NCBI GenBank assembly: GCA_951406725.2
Contig: OX597826.1
Span: 78,244,001-78,308,000, forward strand
Direction: 5' to 3'
From: Octopus vulgaris
Taxonomy: Eukaryota
Length of the DNA stretch: 64,000 bases
Of this stretch, positions 26,297-39,827 are shown one piece after another. How positions within the stretch are numbered: the stretch's first letter is position 1; each line of letters begins with the position of its first letter. A program made the position numbers and the translations under genes. The notes beneath the pieces were generated by a model. That model searched no databases. It was not told where the DNA came from and saw only the letters and a list, made by a program, of their open reading frames with translations.

Positions 26297-26480
26297 TATC
26301 TTTTACTTGTTTCAGGCATGTGACTGCGGTCATGCTGGGGCACCGCCTTCAAGAATTTTTAGCCCAAAGATTCGATTCCAGTACTTATTTTATTTTAAAA
26401 CCTAGCATTTGTTCTATCGTTCCTTTAGCCGAACCGCCAAGTTACGAAGACGTAAACACGTGATGATAGAGTACAAAAAC
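26297..26480 (-). mobile_element. SINE family B, 3' part
   Basis: TTTTACTTGTTTCAG..ACTGCGGTCATGCTGGGGCACCGCC. Confidence 0.82.
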
Positions 26481-26653
26481 AGACACACACACACGTGCGC
26501 ACGCATTCACACGCACAGACACACATACAAACACACACACACATACATACATACATATATACATACACACATACAAACACACACACACACATACATACAT
26601 ACATACATACATACATACACACACATACATACATACATACATACATACATACA

Positions 26654-26700
<47 letters not shown>

Positions 26701-26971
26701 GTCCAAACTTGAAAATACAAGAGAAAATACAAACTAAAACCGCATGACTTCTCTACATACCCACATCTTATGTAAAATGGTGCTAGGGTTTACGGCCCCC
26801 ATGTGGTAAAGTGTAGGTAATCTACGACAGAAACACAAAAGATAGTAAAATAAGGCACCTACCCACAGAGCACAGAACTATGCATAGCTATGCATTGACA
26901 TCACGTAACATATAATTAAAACTATTGAAAATATATAAGAATTTTGATAAAAGTAATTATAATTCTTTGTG

Positions 26972-28233
26972 TTGGATCATCCCATAAATAATGCGGTTTT
27001 TATATACTTCTTTTAATTTTCAAAATTAAGATAAGCAAAGTTCTTTCTTAATCTAAAATATACTCCCCTTCATTTTCTACAATGCTCTTTCATCTATCTG
27101 GTAGACTTGCAAGGCTCCTCTTCCAAAATTCACTTGTCTGTGACGAAATATACTCCCCAATATTGTTCTGACCACATCTACAGAATCCATATTTTTTCCG
27201 TCCAAATGATTTTGAAGACTGCGGTATAAATGATAATCAGATGGAGCAATGTCTGGTGAATATGGTGGGTGGGGCATCATTTCCCATTCAAACTACTCCA
27301 GCCTTTGGAATGTCGTCCTCACTGTATGTGGCCGAGCATTATCCTGATGGAAGAACACCTTTTGAATTGAAACCAAAGATGGTCGTTTTTCTTCTAGTGC
27401 TGACTTAAGCTGCTCAAGCTGCTCACAGTAGATCTCTTTTTTTATTGTTTAGTTTGGGTTTAAAAGTTAAAAGTAGACTAAACCTTTCATCTCCCATTAA
27501 ACAGATAACAACATCTTACATGGGGGAAGAACTTATTTAACCTAGGGTACCGGTGTTTCTTCTTTTCCTACCCACTGTCTTCGGCGTTTGACATTATTAT
27601 AGAGAACCCATTTCTCGTCACTAGTCAAAATTGGTTCATTCGTGAGACATGACAGCAAAGAAGAACACGCATTCACTCTCTGTGCGCGATTAGACTCGGA
27701 AAGTTTGTGGGGGACCCATTGACCCAATTTGCTGACTTTTCCGATGGCACACAGCTGTCGATGAATGGCGGAATGACCAAATCCAAACTTCTCTGCTAGT
27801 TCCTCAACAGTTACGATGGGATTTTGTTCCGCCAGTGTTTACAGGACGTCGAACTCTACAGATCTTCCAGGACAAGGCTCGTCTTCTAGTCTGTAGTTTC
27901 CGGCTCAGAACTTCTGGAACCACGCTGGCTTCCACTTATTGTCCGATCCCCATATACTATATTAATATTCCTCACACATTCTGTTACATTGGGCCTTTAT
28001 TGAACTCATAAAGCAAAATATGCTAAATATGCTCCTTTGTCACTTCTATTATAGCTTTGAAAAAATAATTGTTAAAATCGAACTGCACTCATCAAGATTT
28101 GTACTAAGAATAAGTCTGAGATAAAAATTACCACCTACTTTTATAGCAAGTTGATGCAGCTAGTTTACCCCATCCCCCTCTGGCTTTTAGTTCATGCAAC
28201 TGAAAAAACCGCATTATTTATGGGATAACCCAA
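26972..28233 (-). mobile_element. Full-length but decayed mariner (DD34D) transposon
   Basis: About 30-bp TIRs TTGG.T.ATCCCATAAATAATGCGGTTTTT, TA at the right end (TG at the left); motifs WVPHKL, TSDEKW, FHQDNARPH and HPPYSPDIAPSDY; stops and frameshifts. Confidence 0.95.
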
Positions 28234-28242
28234 TACTATTTC

Positions 28243-28440
28243 CACAAGGCCTGAAATTTTGGGGGTAGGAAGGTAGTTGATTACATTGACCCCAGTACCT
28301 GACTGGTATTTATTTTATTGACCTTGAAAGGATGTAAGGCAAAGTCAACCTCAGTGCTGTTTGAATTCAGAATGAAAAGAGACGGAAGAAATGCCGTTAA
28401 GCATTTTGTTCGACATGCTAACAATTCCATCGACTAACCT
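28243..28440 (-). mobile_element. SINE family A copy
   Basis: GAAAGGATGTAAGGCAAAGTCAACCTC...GAATTCAGAA; reverse match to the family. Confidence 0.82.
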
Positions 28441-30179
28441 CCTGAATAGAAATAATAATAACAATAATATTAACGACGATAATGATGATAGTAATTATGT
28501 TGATGATGATGATTGTGATTGTGGTGAAATGTTGATAGCGTTTATCGATTTTGGAGAAGAGGAGTTAAAGATGAGATCTAAACAAATAACCAGTCAGGAA
28601 TTTGTTGCGGCAATCGATATTTATAGAATTACCGTGAAAAGAAAGAGTAACGCTTCCAGGATCTTTGATGAAGAAGATTTGAAGACAATGCTCGAAGGAA
28701 GGCCATTTCAGGAAGGCCATTTGAGTGACTTGAAAACGATTTTAGTTTCAATAAAACAAGAAATTCTCACAAGACCACACGAAATATAGTTTAAGGTCCA
28801 GGTCAGACCTGGTCAGGCAGATTTGCTCCTTGTTCCGGGGGAGAGTCAGCGTTTCATTGTTGTTGCTTAATCCTAGGGCATTCTAAGGTATTTAATCTGT
28901 ATTTCAAATGTAACATTGCTTAATGCCTCCTTATTCGTTTGTGAAAATACGAGGGTGTCAGTAACTATTTTTTTAAGAAGCATGAATGTCTGGCTAATTA
29001 TCGTCTGATCGCATCGGAGTATCTTCTCAGTGGCCCCTTGTAGAAAAGACGTGTTTCTCTAGTCAGACGGTTCATCTGCTGCTAGAACACTCTCCATGAT
29101 TGGCTAGGTATGCTGTGGTTATTGACGCGCAGAGGCTAGACCACCTGCTATAGATTCCTGGATGTCGAGTGCTTGTGGTCTCCTTTAGGAACATAGATCT
29201 TTCTGCAACACGTTTTCTTGACCGAAATGCCGTCTTGTGTCAAGCAAAGCCGAGGCTGTACTTGGTATCTGGAATATTTCCAGACACTTACTGTCGTTTA
29301 TAAGGCTAGCAATGGAATTGAGGAAAGTTCCACTCTAATAATCGATAGACGGACATGGGGAAGAAGAGTGACGATGCTCTTGGCGAAGCTCTTGGTTTCG
29401 GCGAAAATGGACTAGCCAGTATATTACAGAGGGTTTTCGGGCCGAGGACTACGATGGATAATATTCGGAAGTACTTGACCTAGCAGTGCCACTGAGGGGC
29501 GCTATCGAATGACGCTACTCGATTCGAGATAAACTTTACAGGTACGGAAGTACTGTTAGACAGTCCAGTTTGAAATTATGCTTAGAGGGTGACGAAACTG
29601 TTCTGCAAGATCTCATTCAGTGTTTTCGGATATTGGGGACTTGTTCTTTTATGTGGAACAGTTGTTGCCGCATATAAGACAGATCGGCTATCAACTGAGC
29701 TTATAGTGATGTGCGACTCGCGATCCCTTCTTAATCTAAAAGGCAGGACAGATTCTTCTGTCTGATGACTACAGCAACAGTTCTGAACGAAATTGAAAGC
29801 TCTAAAGACAAACACTGATGAACTCTATCGAGTTTTATCGAAAAGTAAGAGTAGAACGGGAGATGTTATTCTCAAAATATTGAAGACGACTGGAGTAACC
29901 GAGACCGTCTTGAGTACACAACGAACGGAGAGGGCACTTGTACTTCTTCGGGTTTGCTGTATTCGTGGATCTGTCAGGTTTCCTAACTGGCTTCAGATGG
30001 AGTCCCTCCTCCATTAGAAGGGCTCTAGTATAAACATTACACAGTATTTTTACACCGGGTTTACTTATCCTTCGCATATTTTTCTTTCCTCAAACGGATT
30101 TCTTGTGGAAACCCTCACGCTTTATGTCTGCTTTCGTAGTTGTTTCTCTCATCATTTGACCTGGTCACAAATATAGAAA

Positions 30180-30296
30180 CTATCATCATCATCATCATCA
30201 TCATCGTCATCATCATCATCATCATCGTCGTCGTCGTCGTCGTCGTTGTCATCGTCGTCGCCGTCATCATCATCATCTTCACTATTACCAACGTCG

Positions 30297-30334
<38 letters not shown>

Positions 30335-31280
30335 GTTACCGTCGTCGTCGCCGTCGCTCTCATCGTCTTCATCGTTGTCGTCGTTGTTGTCGTTGTCATC
30401 GTCATCGCCGTTATCATCATCATCATCATCATCACCATCACCATCACCAACGTCGTCATCATCGTCATCAGCAGCAGCATCCTTATAGAATAATCGGATT
30501 TGCTATTTGGTGCTAATTGTCCTGATTACACGAAGCTGACAGCGCCACCTACATTACCGCACCAACCATCATTACTACCATGCACACCAACAAAGCCATT
30601 CGTTCTTCTTCGATATTCTGCACAAAGTCATCGTCTCTCCCCCTCTCTCCCTCTCCCTCCTTTCTCTCCTTCTCTCCTTATCTCTCCCCTTCACCCGTTT
30701 CCTTCGCCTCTTCCTCTTCCATCTATTTCATACATCCCTTTGAAACTTTGTCAGTCTCTCCTCTTTCTACCGCCTCTATCTCTTTCTCTTTCTCTTTCAT
30801 CCTTTACCTCCTCTTTCCCTCCCCTTTTTCTCCTCCTCTTTTTCCCCCCTGTTAATTTCCTTCTCTCTTTCGTTCTCCCTTTCCTCTCTTCTCACAATCT
30901 TCCTTTCTGGTTCTCACCCTTCTTTTTTCCCTCTCCTTCTTTCTCTCACCTACTTCTACCCCTCCCCACCTATCTTTAACTCTTCTTTCTTCTCGTTTCT
31001 TAACTTTCCCCCTCTTTCTCTTTATCTCTCTCTTCCTCTGTCCCTATCACCTCTTCTACTTCCCCCTCATTCCCGACCATCAACCCTCCCTCTTCCACTC
31101 TCATCTCAGATCTTCATCAATTCTCTTTCTCTCTCTCATCTCTTTCTTCTCACCCCCTCTCTCTCTCTCCACCCTTTGAATTCCCTCTCACTTCCTACCA
31201 TTCCCTCATCACTTCACAATATAGTTTAAACTCTTCTACATCCTTTTCTCTCTCTGTGTCTCTCTTTCTCTCTCTCTTTC

Positions 31281-31322
<42 letters not shown>

Positions 31323-31332
31323 TCTCTCTCTG
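30180..31332. repeat. (CAT/CGT)n array followed by a long polypyrimidine (CT-rich) tract
   Basis: Direct reading. Confidence 0.92.
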
Positions 31333-32627
31333 AATCTTAATGACTTTCCCATCACCCCCCTTTACTTCGCTTTTACTTCACACCTCCATTTAATTTAAAG
31401 TGAATACCGTCAAAAATTATCGTCTGCTTTCTGTAGCCGGCGGCTGATATATCTGTCTGTATTGTCTGCAATTACCGCATTTCATAAGAGCATAAGAACT
31501 CCTACTGAGTTAATCACATGCATGATTAACCAATCTAACAGTGACAGTTTGTATATTCAAAAGAGATACTGCAGTTCTGCACATTTGAAATGCATCGGAA
31601 AGGACTAACAATTCCAACTGTGAGCCATCAGGAAATTTACTTGTCTTCTTCTTAAACTGCATGTGTAGGAATTCTTCAATGCTTCCCTTGTTAGATTTTT
31701 GCTAGTTTCTCGGAGATAGTAAAATAGGAAGAAATAATGTATATTGTATTTTACTTTCAAGAAGAGAGAAGGAAATAAAATTAAATTTAAATACAGATCT
31801 TTTCCATTAAAAGACATTTTCGTTCCCAAACAGCTACTAAACTCATCTCCGAAAGAAATTTTCTCTTTGGATTTTATTTCACAGAGGAAACTTTATTATT
31901 ATGGAAGGTCTACCCCTTACTAGGGTGAGACAAGTTCGATGTTTAAAGATATCGTCTGCTTGTTTTAAAAATCTAACACCAAGGCAAAATAAAACGGCTT
32001 CAATCCACAAATACGCCTCTCAGGATAGTTAATGTTTTGAACGCGTATATTTCCTCCGCTCAAGATTTTATTACTGTTAGCTACAGAAAGCGGTTTTACC
32101 CATGGGTTTGGAAAAAAACCTCTTCTTACGCTACAAGAAGCGGAAATCTCCCAATAGCCCCTTTTATAAAAGACAATTTCTTTCAGATTTTCTAAGTTTT
32201 TTCACAGATTTTCATCAAATGTCTCTTTACTGAGTAAAAATCGAATACTTTTAGTGGTGGATACGAAAAGCGTATCTACAGAAGAAACTGAAAAAGTATT
32301 ACGGAAGCAGAAAATACCAGTTCTATTGTTTTGGTTGATAATTAACATCATTATGGAAATGATCATGGAATCTAATTATGCAGTCAAAGGGCTGAATAAA
32401 CAAAGCAAAAGATGCGACAAACGAAAGGGAAAAAAGTGTAAAAAGATTTTGATGACGTACAAACAAGAAACAAAAAAAATAAAAAAGAAAGAACAAGCGA
32501 ATCGGACAACGTAACATGATTGTGAAAACAGTAACAGCAATACCAACAAGAACATGATACCTACTCGTACCGAGTGAAATGTAATTAGGAATGATAGAAC
32601 GCTAACTTTTACAAACAACTCTCAATT

Positions 32628-33023
32628 TCTCTATATATAAAGCTGAAGTTGTCTGTGTGTGTGTGTGGCAGGTTTGGTAGCCTTCAACTAACACTATCTC
32701 CTCCGAGACCCTGCGGCGCAAGTTGACCAAAATTGAGAGTATGATAGAAGAAGGCTTGCCCTTCATTCTGTAGAAGACAAAATTCAAATAGGACCATGTT
32801 AACATCAAAAATTATTTACATCAAAAAGGTGCTTTTTTTCTATGAAAATCCCTATTTTTTACGATTTTTTGACTGCTGTGTCGCCATTTTTCGGTGTATT
32901 TCAACCAGAAAAATGTTCATTTAAAGAGAATAACAAGCTACATTATGCAAAACTTTTACTTTTCAAAAATTCCAATTCTAAAGGGTCGAAACAAACCCAA
33001 GCAACGCCGGGCGATACTACTAG
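32628..33023 (+). mobile_element. Non-autonomous Helitron
   Basis: 5' TCTCTATATATAAAG followed by (TG)n; 3' GC-rich CCC..GCAACGCCGGG followed by CTAG|T at 33020-33024. Confidence 0.75.
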
Positions 33024-33789
33024 TTTAGAATATTTTGCTAAAATGGACGTAATGAAATCGCATTGTGTCCATCACAAGACAGGCTTCAACCTGCCCCAAA
33101 CCGTCAGAGAAGGTGGAGGAGGAGGAGGAGTATTACTAATCAGTAATTTTGTTAAGAATACAGTGGGAAAGGGGGAGGCGGTAGCTTTTCTCGTTGGAAA
33201 CAGCGCTTGTATATGTTTTAAGAGAAATTTCCTGTGGTAAGAGTAGTGAGGGAGAAATATTCCGCGATGTGTTCAGTCTTGAAAACGAGGCACCGAGCAA
33301 AAAGAGAACACACCCAAAGTGTAGAAAACCAACCTGACCATTATCTGGTCCCTCGGTGTATGAGGAGAAGCATTGCACAAAGGTCTACCGCCAGGAATAG
33401 AGGTGGTGACATCAACGCCTGGCTAGAGTCACAGCCGTTCGCAGCGGTGACTCGTCAAAGTGTAGTGAGAGCTACCTTTGAAAGTGTAAGCCTTCTTTTA
33501 GAGCATATTATCAAACCCAGTGACTGATAACAGATTATGGAAACCAGCCACTCGTTAGCGCCTTTCCACCGTTTTCTGCATCTTTCTGCTGACGCTTTCA
33601 TTCCAAGCTTCATTTCATCTGTTTTTTTATGCAGAAGTGTTTATTACGAAGCGAAGTTCCGTTGGCATTGGTAACCAGGGTGGATGCGTTGTGGCTAAAC
33701 AGACGTAGGCAGGCAGCTTTCTTTAGAAAGGGATGAGGAAAAGAATCAGTCTTCGGTGATATTTAGTGAGAAACCAAGCAAGAAGAGTG

Positions 33790-33841
33790 AGACAGAGAGA
33801 GAGAGAGATAAAAAAAAGAGAGAGAGAGAGAGAAGAGGTGG

Positions 33842-33880
<39 letters not shown>

Positions 33881-34066
33881 AGGAAAGAAAGAAAGAAAGA
33901 CAGAAAGAAAGAAAGAAAGAAAAGGAAAAGAAAGAAGGAAAGAAAGACGGAGAGAAAGAAAGAAAGAAAAAAAGAAAAGAAAAGAAAAGAAAAAGAAAGG
34001 AAGAAGGAAAAAAGGAAGGAAGGAAGAAAGGAAAGAAGGAAGGAAGGAAGGAAGGAAGAAAAGAGA
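33790..34066. repeat. Polypurine (GAAA/GGAA)n tract
   Basis: Direct reading. Confidence 0.95.
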
Positions 34067-34415
34067 ATGATATGGTATCGTCAGAGTGTTACCTCATTTC
34101 GAAACTTTTGCAGCCATTTGTATATTTTATCGAGTGACTATGTGGCTAGAATTTGTTTTAATGGCAGTGATGTGTAAAAGGATATCATATAAAAGGATAC
34201 AAATACACAGACATACACACACTCTCTCTCTCTCGCTTTCTCTCTCTCTCTCACACACACACTCATACATAACTATAAACATATCTATCTATATACATAT
34301 ATGTGTGTGAGTGTATGTATATATATATACATATATATATATACATATATATATATATACATACACATACAGTGAGAGAGAGAGAAAAGAGAGAGGCATA
34401 TATATATATATATAT

Positions 34416-34492
34416 ATACTTTGATACTTTGATACTTTGATAGGTTTCGGCCATTATTGGCCCAGGCCATGTCTAACTTAATAGCACCACCT

Positions 34493-34495
<3 letters not shown>
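34416..34495 (-). mobile_element. 80-bp 3'-terminal fragment of the same CR1-group LINE, inserted in (TA)n
   Basis: Identical to 2243-2322 (ATACTTTG x3 + ATAGGTTTCGGCC...CACCACCTGGT), flanked by (TA)n on both sides. Confidence 0.95.
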
Positions 34496-34530
<35 letters not shown>

Positions 34531-34540
<10 letters not shown>

Positions 34541-35135
34541 GGGTTCAGCAAAAAAATTTGCTTTGCCACATACCGAACTTTAAGAAATAGCAGCCAAAGA
34601 ATTTAGCTATTTCTTCTACTATAAGAAGAATCTCCCAGACAACGTATACTCAAAAGCAATTCACGTAGGCATAGAGGGGGGAATAACGAAAGTTCACCCG
34701 GCATTTGATTACTTGTGGACGCGTTTCTGGGTTAGTTAGATATAGAGATGCTAGAAATACATCCCTGTTCTGACATTCCTGTCATCAGCACAAAGATTTC
34801 AGTAATTTTAAATTTGAGAACACTAAAAATCGAACATACCTATCTGATTAAGACAAACCATCCTCGATATCCAGTACTAACGAATTCATAACATACGAAT
34901 GAGGCTCCGAATTCTTCCCTGTCCACCCACGTGAGTTATAGAGCAACAAATTCGTACAGAAGAATCTGTAGTATATTATCAGGAAGAGAATTATATTATC
35001 AATAATAATAAAGGGTAAAATTAATTAATTAATTAGTAATTAATAATTTTAACAAGCAGTGTTCAGTTAAAAAGACCATTTACGGTAAACTTAAACATTA
35101 CTTTATATAATTAGGGTTCAGCAAAAAAATTTGCT
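34531..35135 (-). mobile_element. Non-coding Penelope-like/retrozyme-like element: 573-bp unit plus a 32-bp terminal direct repeat, containing a hammerhead motif
   Basis: TATATAATTAGGGTTCAGCAAAAAAATTTGCT at 34531-34562 and 35104-35135; HHR at 34713-34793. Confidence 0.7.
34713..34793 (-). ncRNA. Type I hammerhead ribozyme motif (minimal helix III)
   Basis: UUGUG-CUGAUGA-[imperfect long stem II]-GAAAC-GC-GUC-CACAA; stem I UUGUG/CACAA; palindromic ACGCGU. Confidence 0.8.
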
Positions 35136-35469
35136 GGGACGGCAATTTGCTGCTACACCAAGCTCCTGAAGTGACTCAGCCTGCACTGATTAATGCAACG
35201 CAATCAGATGCACAATATCTTATGGAGCAGATGCAGGATGTGTCGAAACGATCGTTTGCTCAATAAAGATTCGTACTAAACACATCTTCCTTTTCCTTCA
35301 TCAGTTATAAACTCAACAAACACTGTGGATTTCCTTATGTAGATCCAGTGAATATTATATCGTTACTGTGGATGACATCAGATAGCCGAAAACGGAGAAT
35401 GTGCTTTAATCGACATAGTAATAGACATATAGCAAAGTCTAAATAGTTACACACACATGCAAATACACA

Positions 35470-35521
<52 letters not shown>

Positions 35522-36930
35522 GCACACGCACATACGTGGTTACGCAAAAATGAGTGCAAGTGTATTACAAATGTATCTGTCACATGGATAGCATTCAGAA
35601 ATGATCGACTTGATGGATCTATTTTGCTTGTCCACGAATTCAATATTGAGAATTAGTTTTTCTCGATTCATCTGAGAAAATAATTTACAAGCTCTACAGA
35701 ACAGAGAAGTCAGCTCATAACACCATTTCTCCGATGATTTACTGGAGAAGAAAATACAAACCAACGGCTTGTATTATTTCTTATCACTTGCATTGTTTTG
35801 GCTTGCAAAAAAATGAAAAACAAATATCTATATTAGACGATGTTTCATGCAAACTTTCCTAAAATAATATCAATATTAAAATCAAGGATGAATATAATAC
35901 ATTGATCCACTAGATCGATCATCTGTAAGCCTTTTAACAGTTACACTTGTAAAATGAATTGCATTTGTGTATGTCATTAACTAGCTTAACTTGAAAGTAA
36001 GAAATATGGCGCACCCTACAACGTACGGACAATGATCACACAAAAACCGCCCATGAACGAACACAATAGAAGAACTATAGTAAGTATAGGTGAAATATTC
36101 AGTGAGTATCAATATTTGATACATGCTGTAGTTGGACGCAATTAGTCATTCAACAGAATCAATGAGGCTAGCTTTCATCACATCTTACATGATACAATAT
36201 TATTAAAATTTACAGAATCAGTTTACATACGCGAGTGTGGACCTAGTTTTAACTGGAAGAACGAATGACATATCATCAATGAACCATGCTTATGTTCATC
36301 CACATAAGAATTATATAAGCTTTATGTACATATACATATTCGTATGCATATGTCTGTATGCACATAGATAAGTACACACACATATGAATATATATATATA
36401 TATATAATATGTGTGTATGTGCGTGTGATGGAGGTTGTGTATGTAGATATTTTAAGCATACGTAGATATATTTCTAATTCAAATACTCAACGCGAGACCC
36501 CTAAGAAAAATAATCTATTTTTAATAACTTTTCGTTATTTAAAAAATCGATCGACTTAGAATTACATCACAGAATATCGAAGGAAATAACGAGGAAATAA
36601 ATCTGAAATAAACATGACATCCACATGTAAAAAAGTTCAACCAGGAACAGCATAGTAAAGCCAGGAAGAGGTAGAGTGTCTCACACACAATATGACCAAA
36701 CGAAAAAGGAAATTGTTTTATATATCAAAATGATGACCCAAGTGTTGGAGAGAGCTAAGAAAAGAAAGAAGCGAATTAAAAGAATAAGCTAGGAAGAAGA
36801 GTGCAGAAATGAAGAAAATTAGTCGAATCTTATAAAAGTTGCCACTGATTTTTAATAAGGATAGTGAAATTGTGTGTGCAACCAGGTCAAAGAAAAAAAC
36901 AAGGGAACCTTTCCCATTTTATAATAGACT

Positions 36931-36985
<55 letters not shown>

Positions 36986-37835
36986 CAGTAGTAGTATGAA
37001 GGCATGCGCTGTAACATAGCGTCACTGCATTCACCATTTGTTGGTGATTGCCTAGTCCTGACGATTGACACCTTTACACCACTTAAGCAACAATCCTCCA
37101 ACCCATGGCTTTGTTTCCGTAGTCATTGCTGGTGAGCGTTTTGGGAGGTCAGAATGCAAATCCTATCTCAGCCCCTTTCAGTCGCCTTTTACGACCCGCC
37201 GATGAAACGTTGGCCCTATCCTTTGACATGCTGGTCCCCTAACAGCACATAGCCGACTGTACTCTTGAGAAATAAATGAAAAGGAAATATTACAGGTTCT
37301 GTGTGTTTCTAATACGAAAATGATGCGTTTTGTTACAATATCAAAACATAATCTCAAGTGATGTCACTTGTCAAACATTTACGACTCTGGCAACACGACC
37401 CTTCATTCATCTCGAAATTACCTCAACCATGCAGCAAACACATGCAACCTGGACGATGCATGTCAAACCTGCATTGATTCCACACGCAGAGATCTTCAGA
37501 GAATCTTTCAGTGGGGACATAACAACCATGTCACTTTCAACAGCTAAAAATAAACTCAATTATTACACATACAAAGAAACTGTCACCACAGCCAAGCCTT
37601 TATTAAGCATGAACAGCAGTCGTCACGATCCCCCACATTCGTTCTAAATGGTTAGCCTCCATTTCATTGAGTACCTTGGTGAAAGTACATCCTTATCATA
37701 GCTATAAGTGCACCTCAAAGGCCCTCTTCAAAGCTAAAAAAATATATCACCCTCTGCCACACAGCTACTGATTCTCTACATTGAGGCCCACAATGGAGTG
37801 CTGCTCCCACTTCTAGGATGGTGATGCTACTACAC

Positions 37836-38599
37836 CAAGGGTTATAAACCTGGCCCCCTATAGCCCTGGCGGCAGGAGGGTCATATAAGATTTTATTTTT
37901 TTTAATTATGTGCAAAAAATTGGTTTTATCCCTACAATACACAAAATATTTAAACAGTTTTTTTAATACAATTCCAAATAATATTTAATCATAAAAATAT
38001 AATAGTTAAATAATAATAATAGTATTTTTATATAAGCTTAAAGCTTAAAACGATCACCGTGCAATGACTAAGGAAATAGTCTAATAAAGGGGCATATAAG
38101 CCCTTCGATAGAAAAAAAAAGGTTTATCTATCCGCATGGGAGCCGAAACCACATCCCTTGTTAACGAGTCTAAATTCTTTACCTTTACACCAGCGAATCA
38201 GTCCCCGTCTTTCTGTCAAATTTAAGAACTATAATAGTTCGTGTTTGTTTTTTGTTTTTTTTTTATGTAAACAAACTTTCAATATTCTTTCGGTGCGAAT
38301 GGCTTTTCATACGGCGCCGTGTTTACAATCCTATAATTAATAATAATGGTTTTAATTCTACAATTCACAAAATATTTTAACAGTTTTTTTAGACTATTTT
38401 CGTTAATCATTGCACGGTGATCGCTTTAAGCTTATATAAAAATACCATTATTATTATTATTTACAGGATTGTAAAAACGGTGCCGTATATAAAACCCTTC
38501 GCAACGAAAATATACACGTCAAATGGCTATGGGGTCCCAAAAGAATAAAATAGGGACCAAAGCGGGGTCCATAGGCAAAAAAAGGGTTGAGAATCATTG
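37836..38599. mobile_element. Non-autonomous hAT element (MITE-like)
   Basis: Imperfect TIRs CAAGGGTTATAAACC / rc CAATGATTCTCAACC; 8-bp TSD TACTACAC (37828-37835) / TACTGCAC (38600-38607). Confidence 0.78.
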
Positions 38600-39024
38600 T
38601 ACTGCACAAACAGAAATACAGAATCCCATTCTGTCTGGGACCACTCGACTCATTGCTATGCAATTACTTACGCACAGGTCCTTGTCTCTGGTCCAATGTT
38701 CCGCTTTCTCTTCATTTGTCTTTTCTATTGATCTTCTAATGGATTGTTTTCTTCGAAACTGGTCAGTCACGTGCTATCTCCTGTCAGGTACCGCCGGCCC
38801 ATTCATACTTCCAACTCACGTCAATCTTAATGCATTTCTTCCGACCACTTTAGTTCTTTATTTAACACCATCTCCAGTCTTACTCAACAAGGACATCGGC
38901 TCTGCATCCTGCTTCGGTCTTTCTGTATGCAATGGTTTAAACGGAACACGAGTCTGCAGAAGTTACAACCAATATTGTTTCATTTAGCTCGAACACAAAA
39001 AAATATACATACAGTCACAAGCAC

Positions 39025-39066
<42 letters not shown>

Positions 39067-39186
39067 CCCCACACACACACACAAACACACATATACACAC
39101 AGACACACGTAAATTCGTACATCTGTTCAACCAGTGATCCATCCATCAAACAGGCAATACATATATGCATACGTACATACACAGAC

Positions 39187-39224
<38 letters not shown>

Positions 39225-39280
39225 GAGTGTATATACTTACATATAAATATGTGTGCGGATGTGTACATGACTACATGTAT

Positions 39281-39327
<47 letters not shown>

Positions 39328-39827
39328 TATATATGTGTTTATATGTATGTATAGGCGTAACGATATATACATATATTTACGTGTATGGGAATACGTGCAC
39401 ACGCACACACATACGTACACACACACACACACATACGTGCACACACACACACATATCTGTATGCATGTGTGCTCGCGCATGCGTGCGTGTGTCAGGGTAG
39501 CATCACAGAGCCATAAATCCTGTCCGGTGTTAGTCCCAATAATGTGATCTCAGCGATGAGATAAGGTAGAACCAGCGGATGTCACTGCGAGAATTTATGG
39601 ACAAGAATATGATGGAGGAGGAGGAGGAGGTGATAGGAAGAGAATGTATTGCATCAGTTCAGTCTACAGCATCCTAAATGATACTGCTGTTGCTATACAT
39701 ATCGCTTCATGTTAGCCGTGTCATATTAGTTGCCATGACAACTCTGTTGACGTCATTAACATAGAAACACTGAAATAGTAGATAATATTCTGCTTTCATG
39801 TGTCAGCTTTTCTCTCGTTATGTTTCG

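Noticed and set aside
33234-33527. 97-aa ORF in unique sequence
   Set aside because: No recognisable motif, non-ATG start and no exon evidence.
36990-37240. Possible LINE 3' remnant (AGTCGCCTTTTACGAC motif)
   Set aside because: Only one short motif recognised; boundaries and class cannot be supported.
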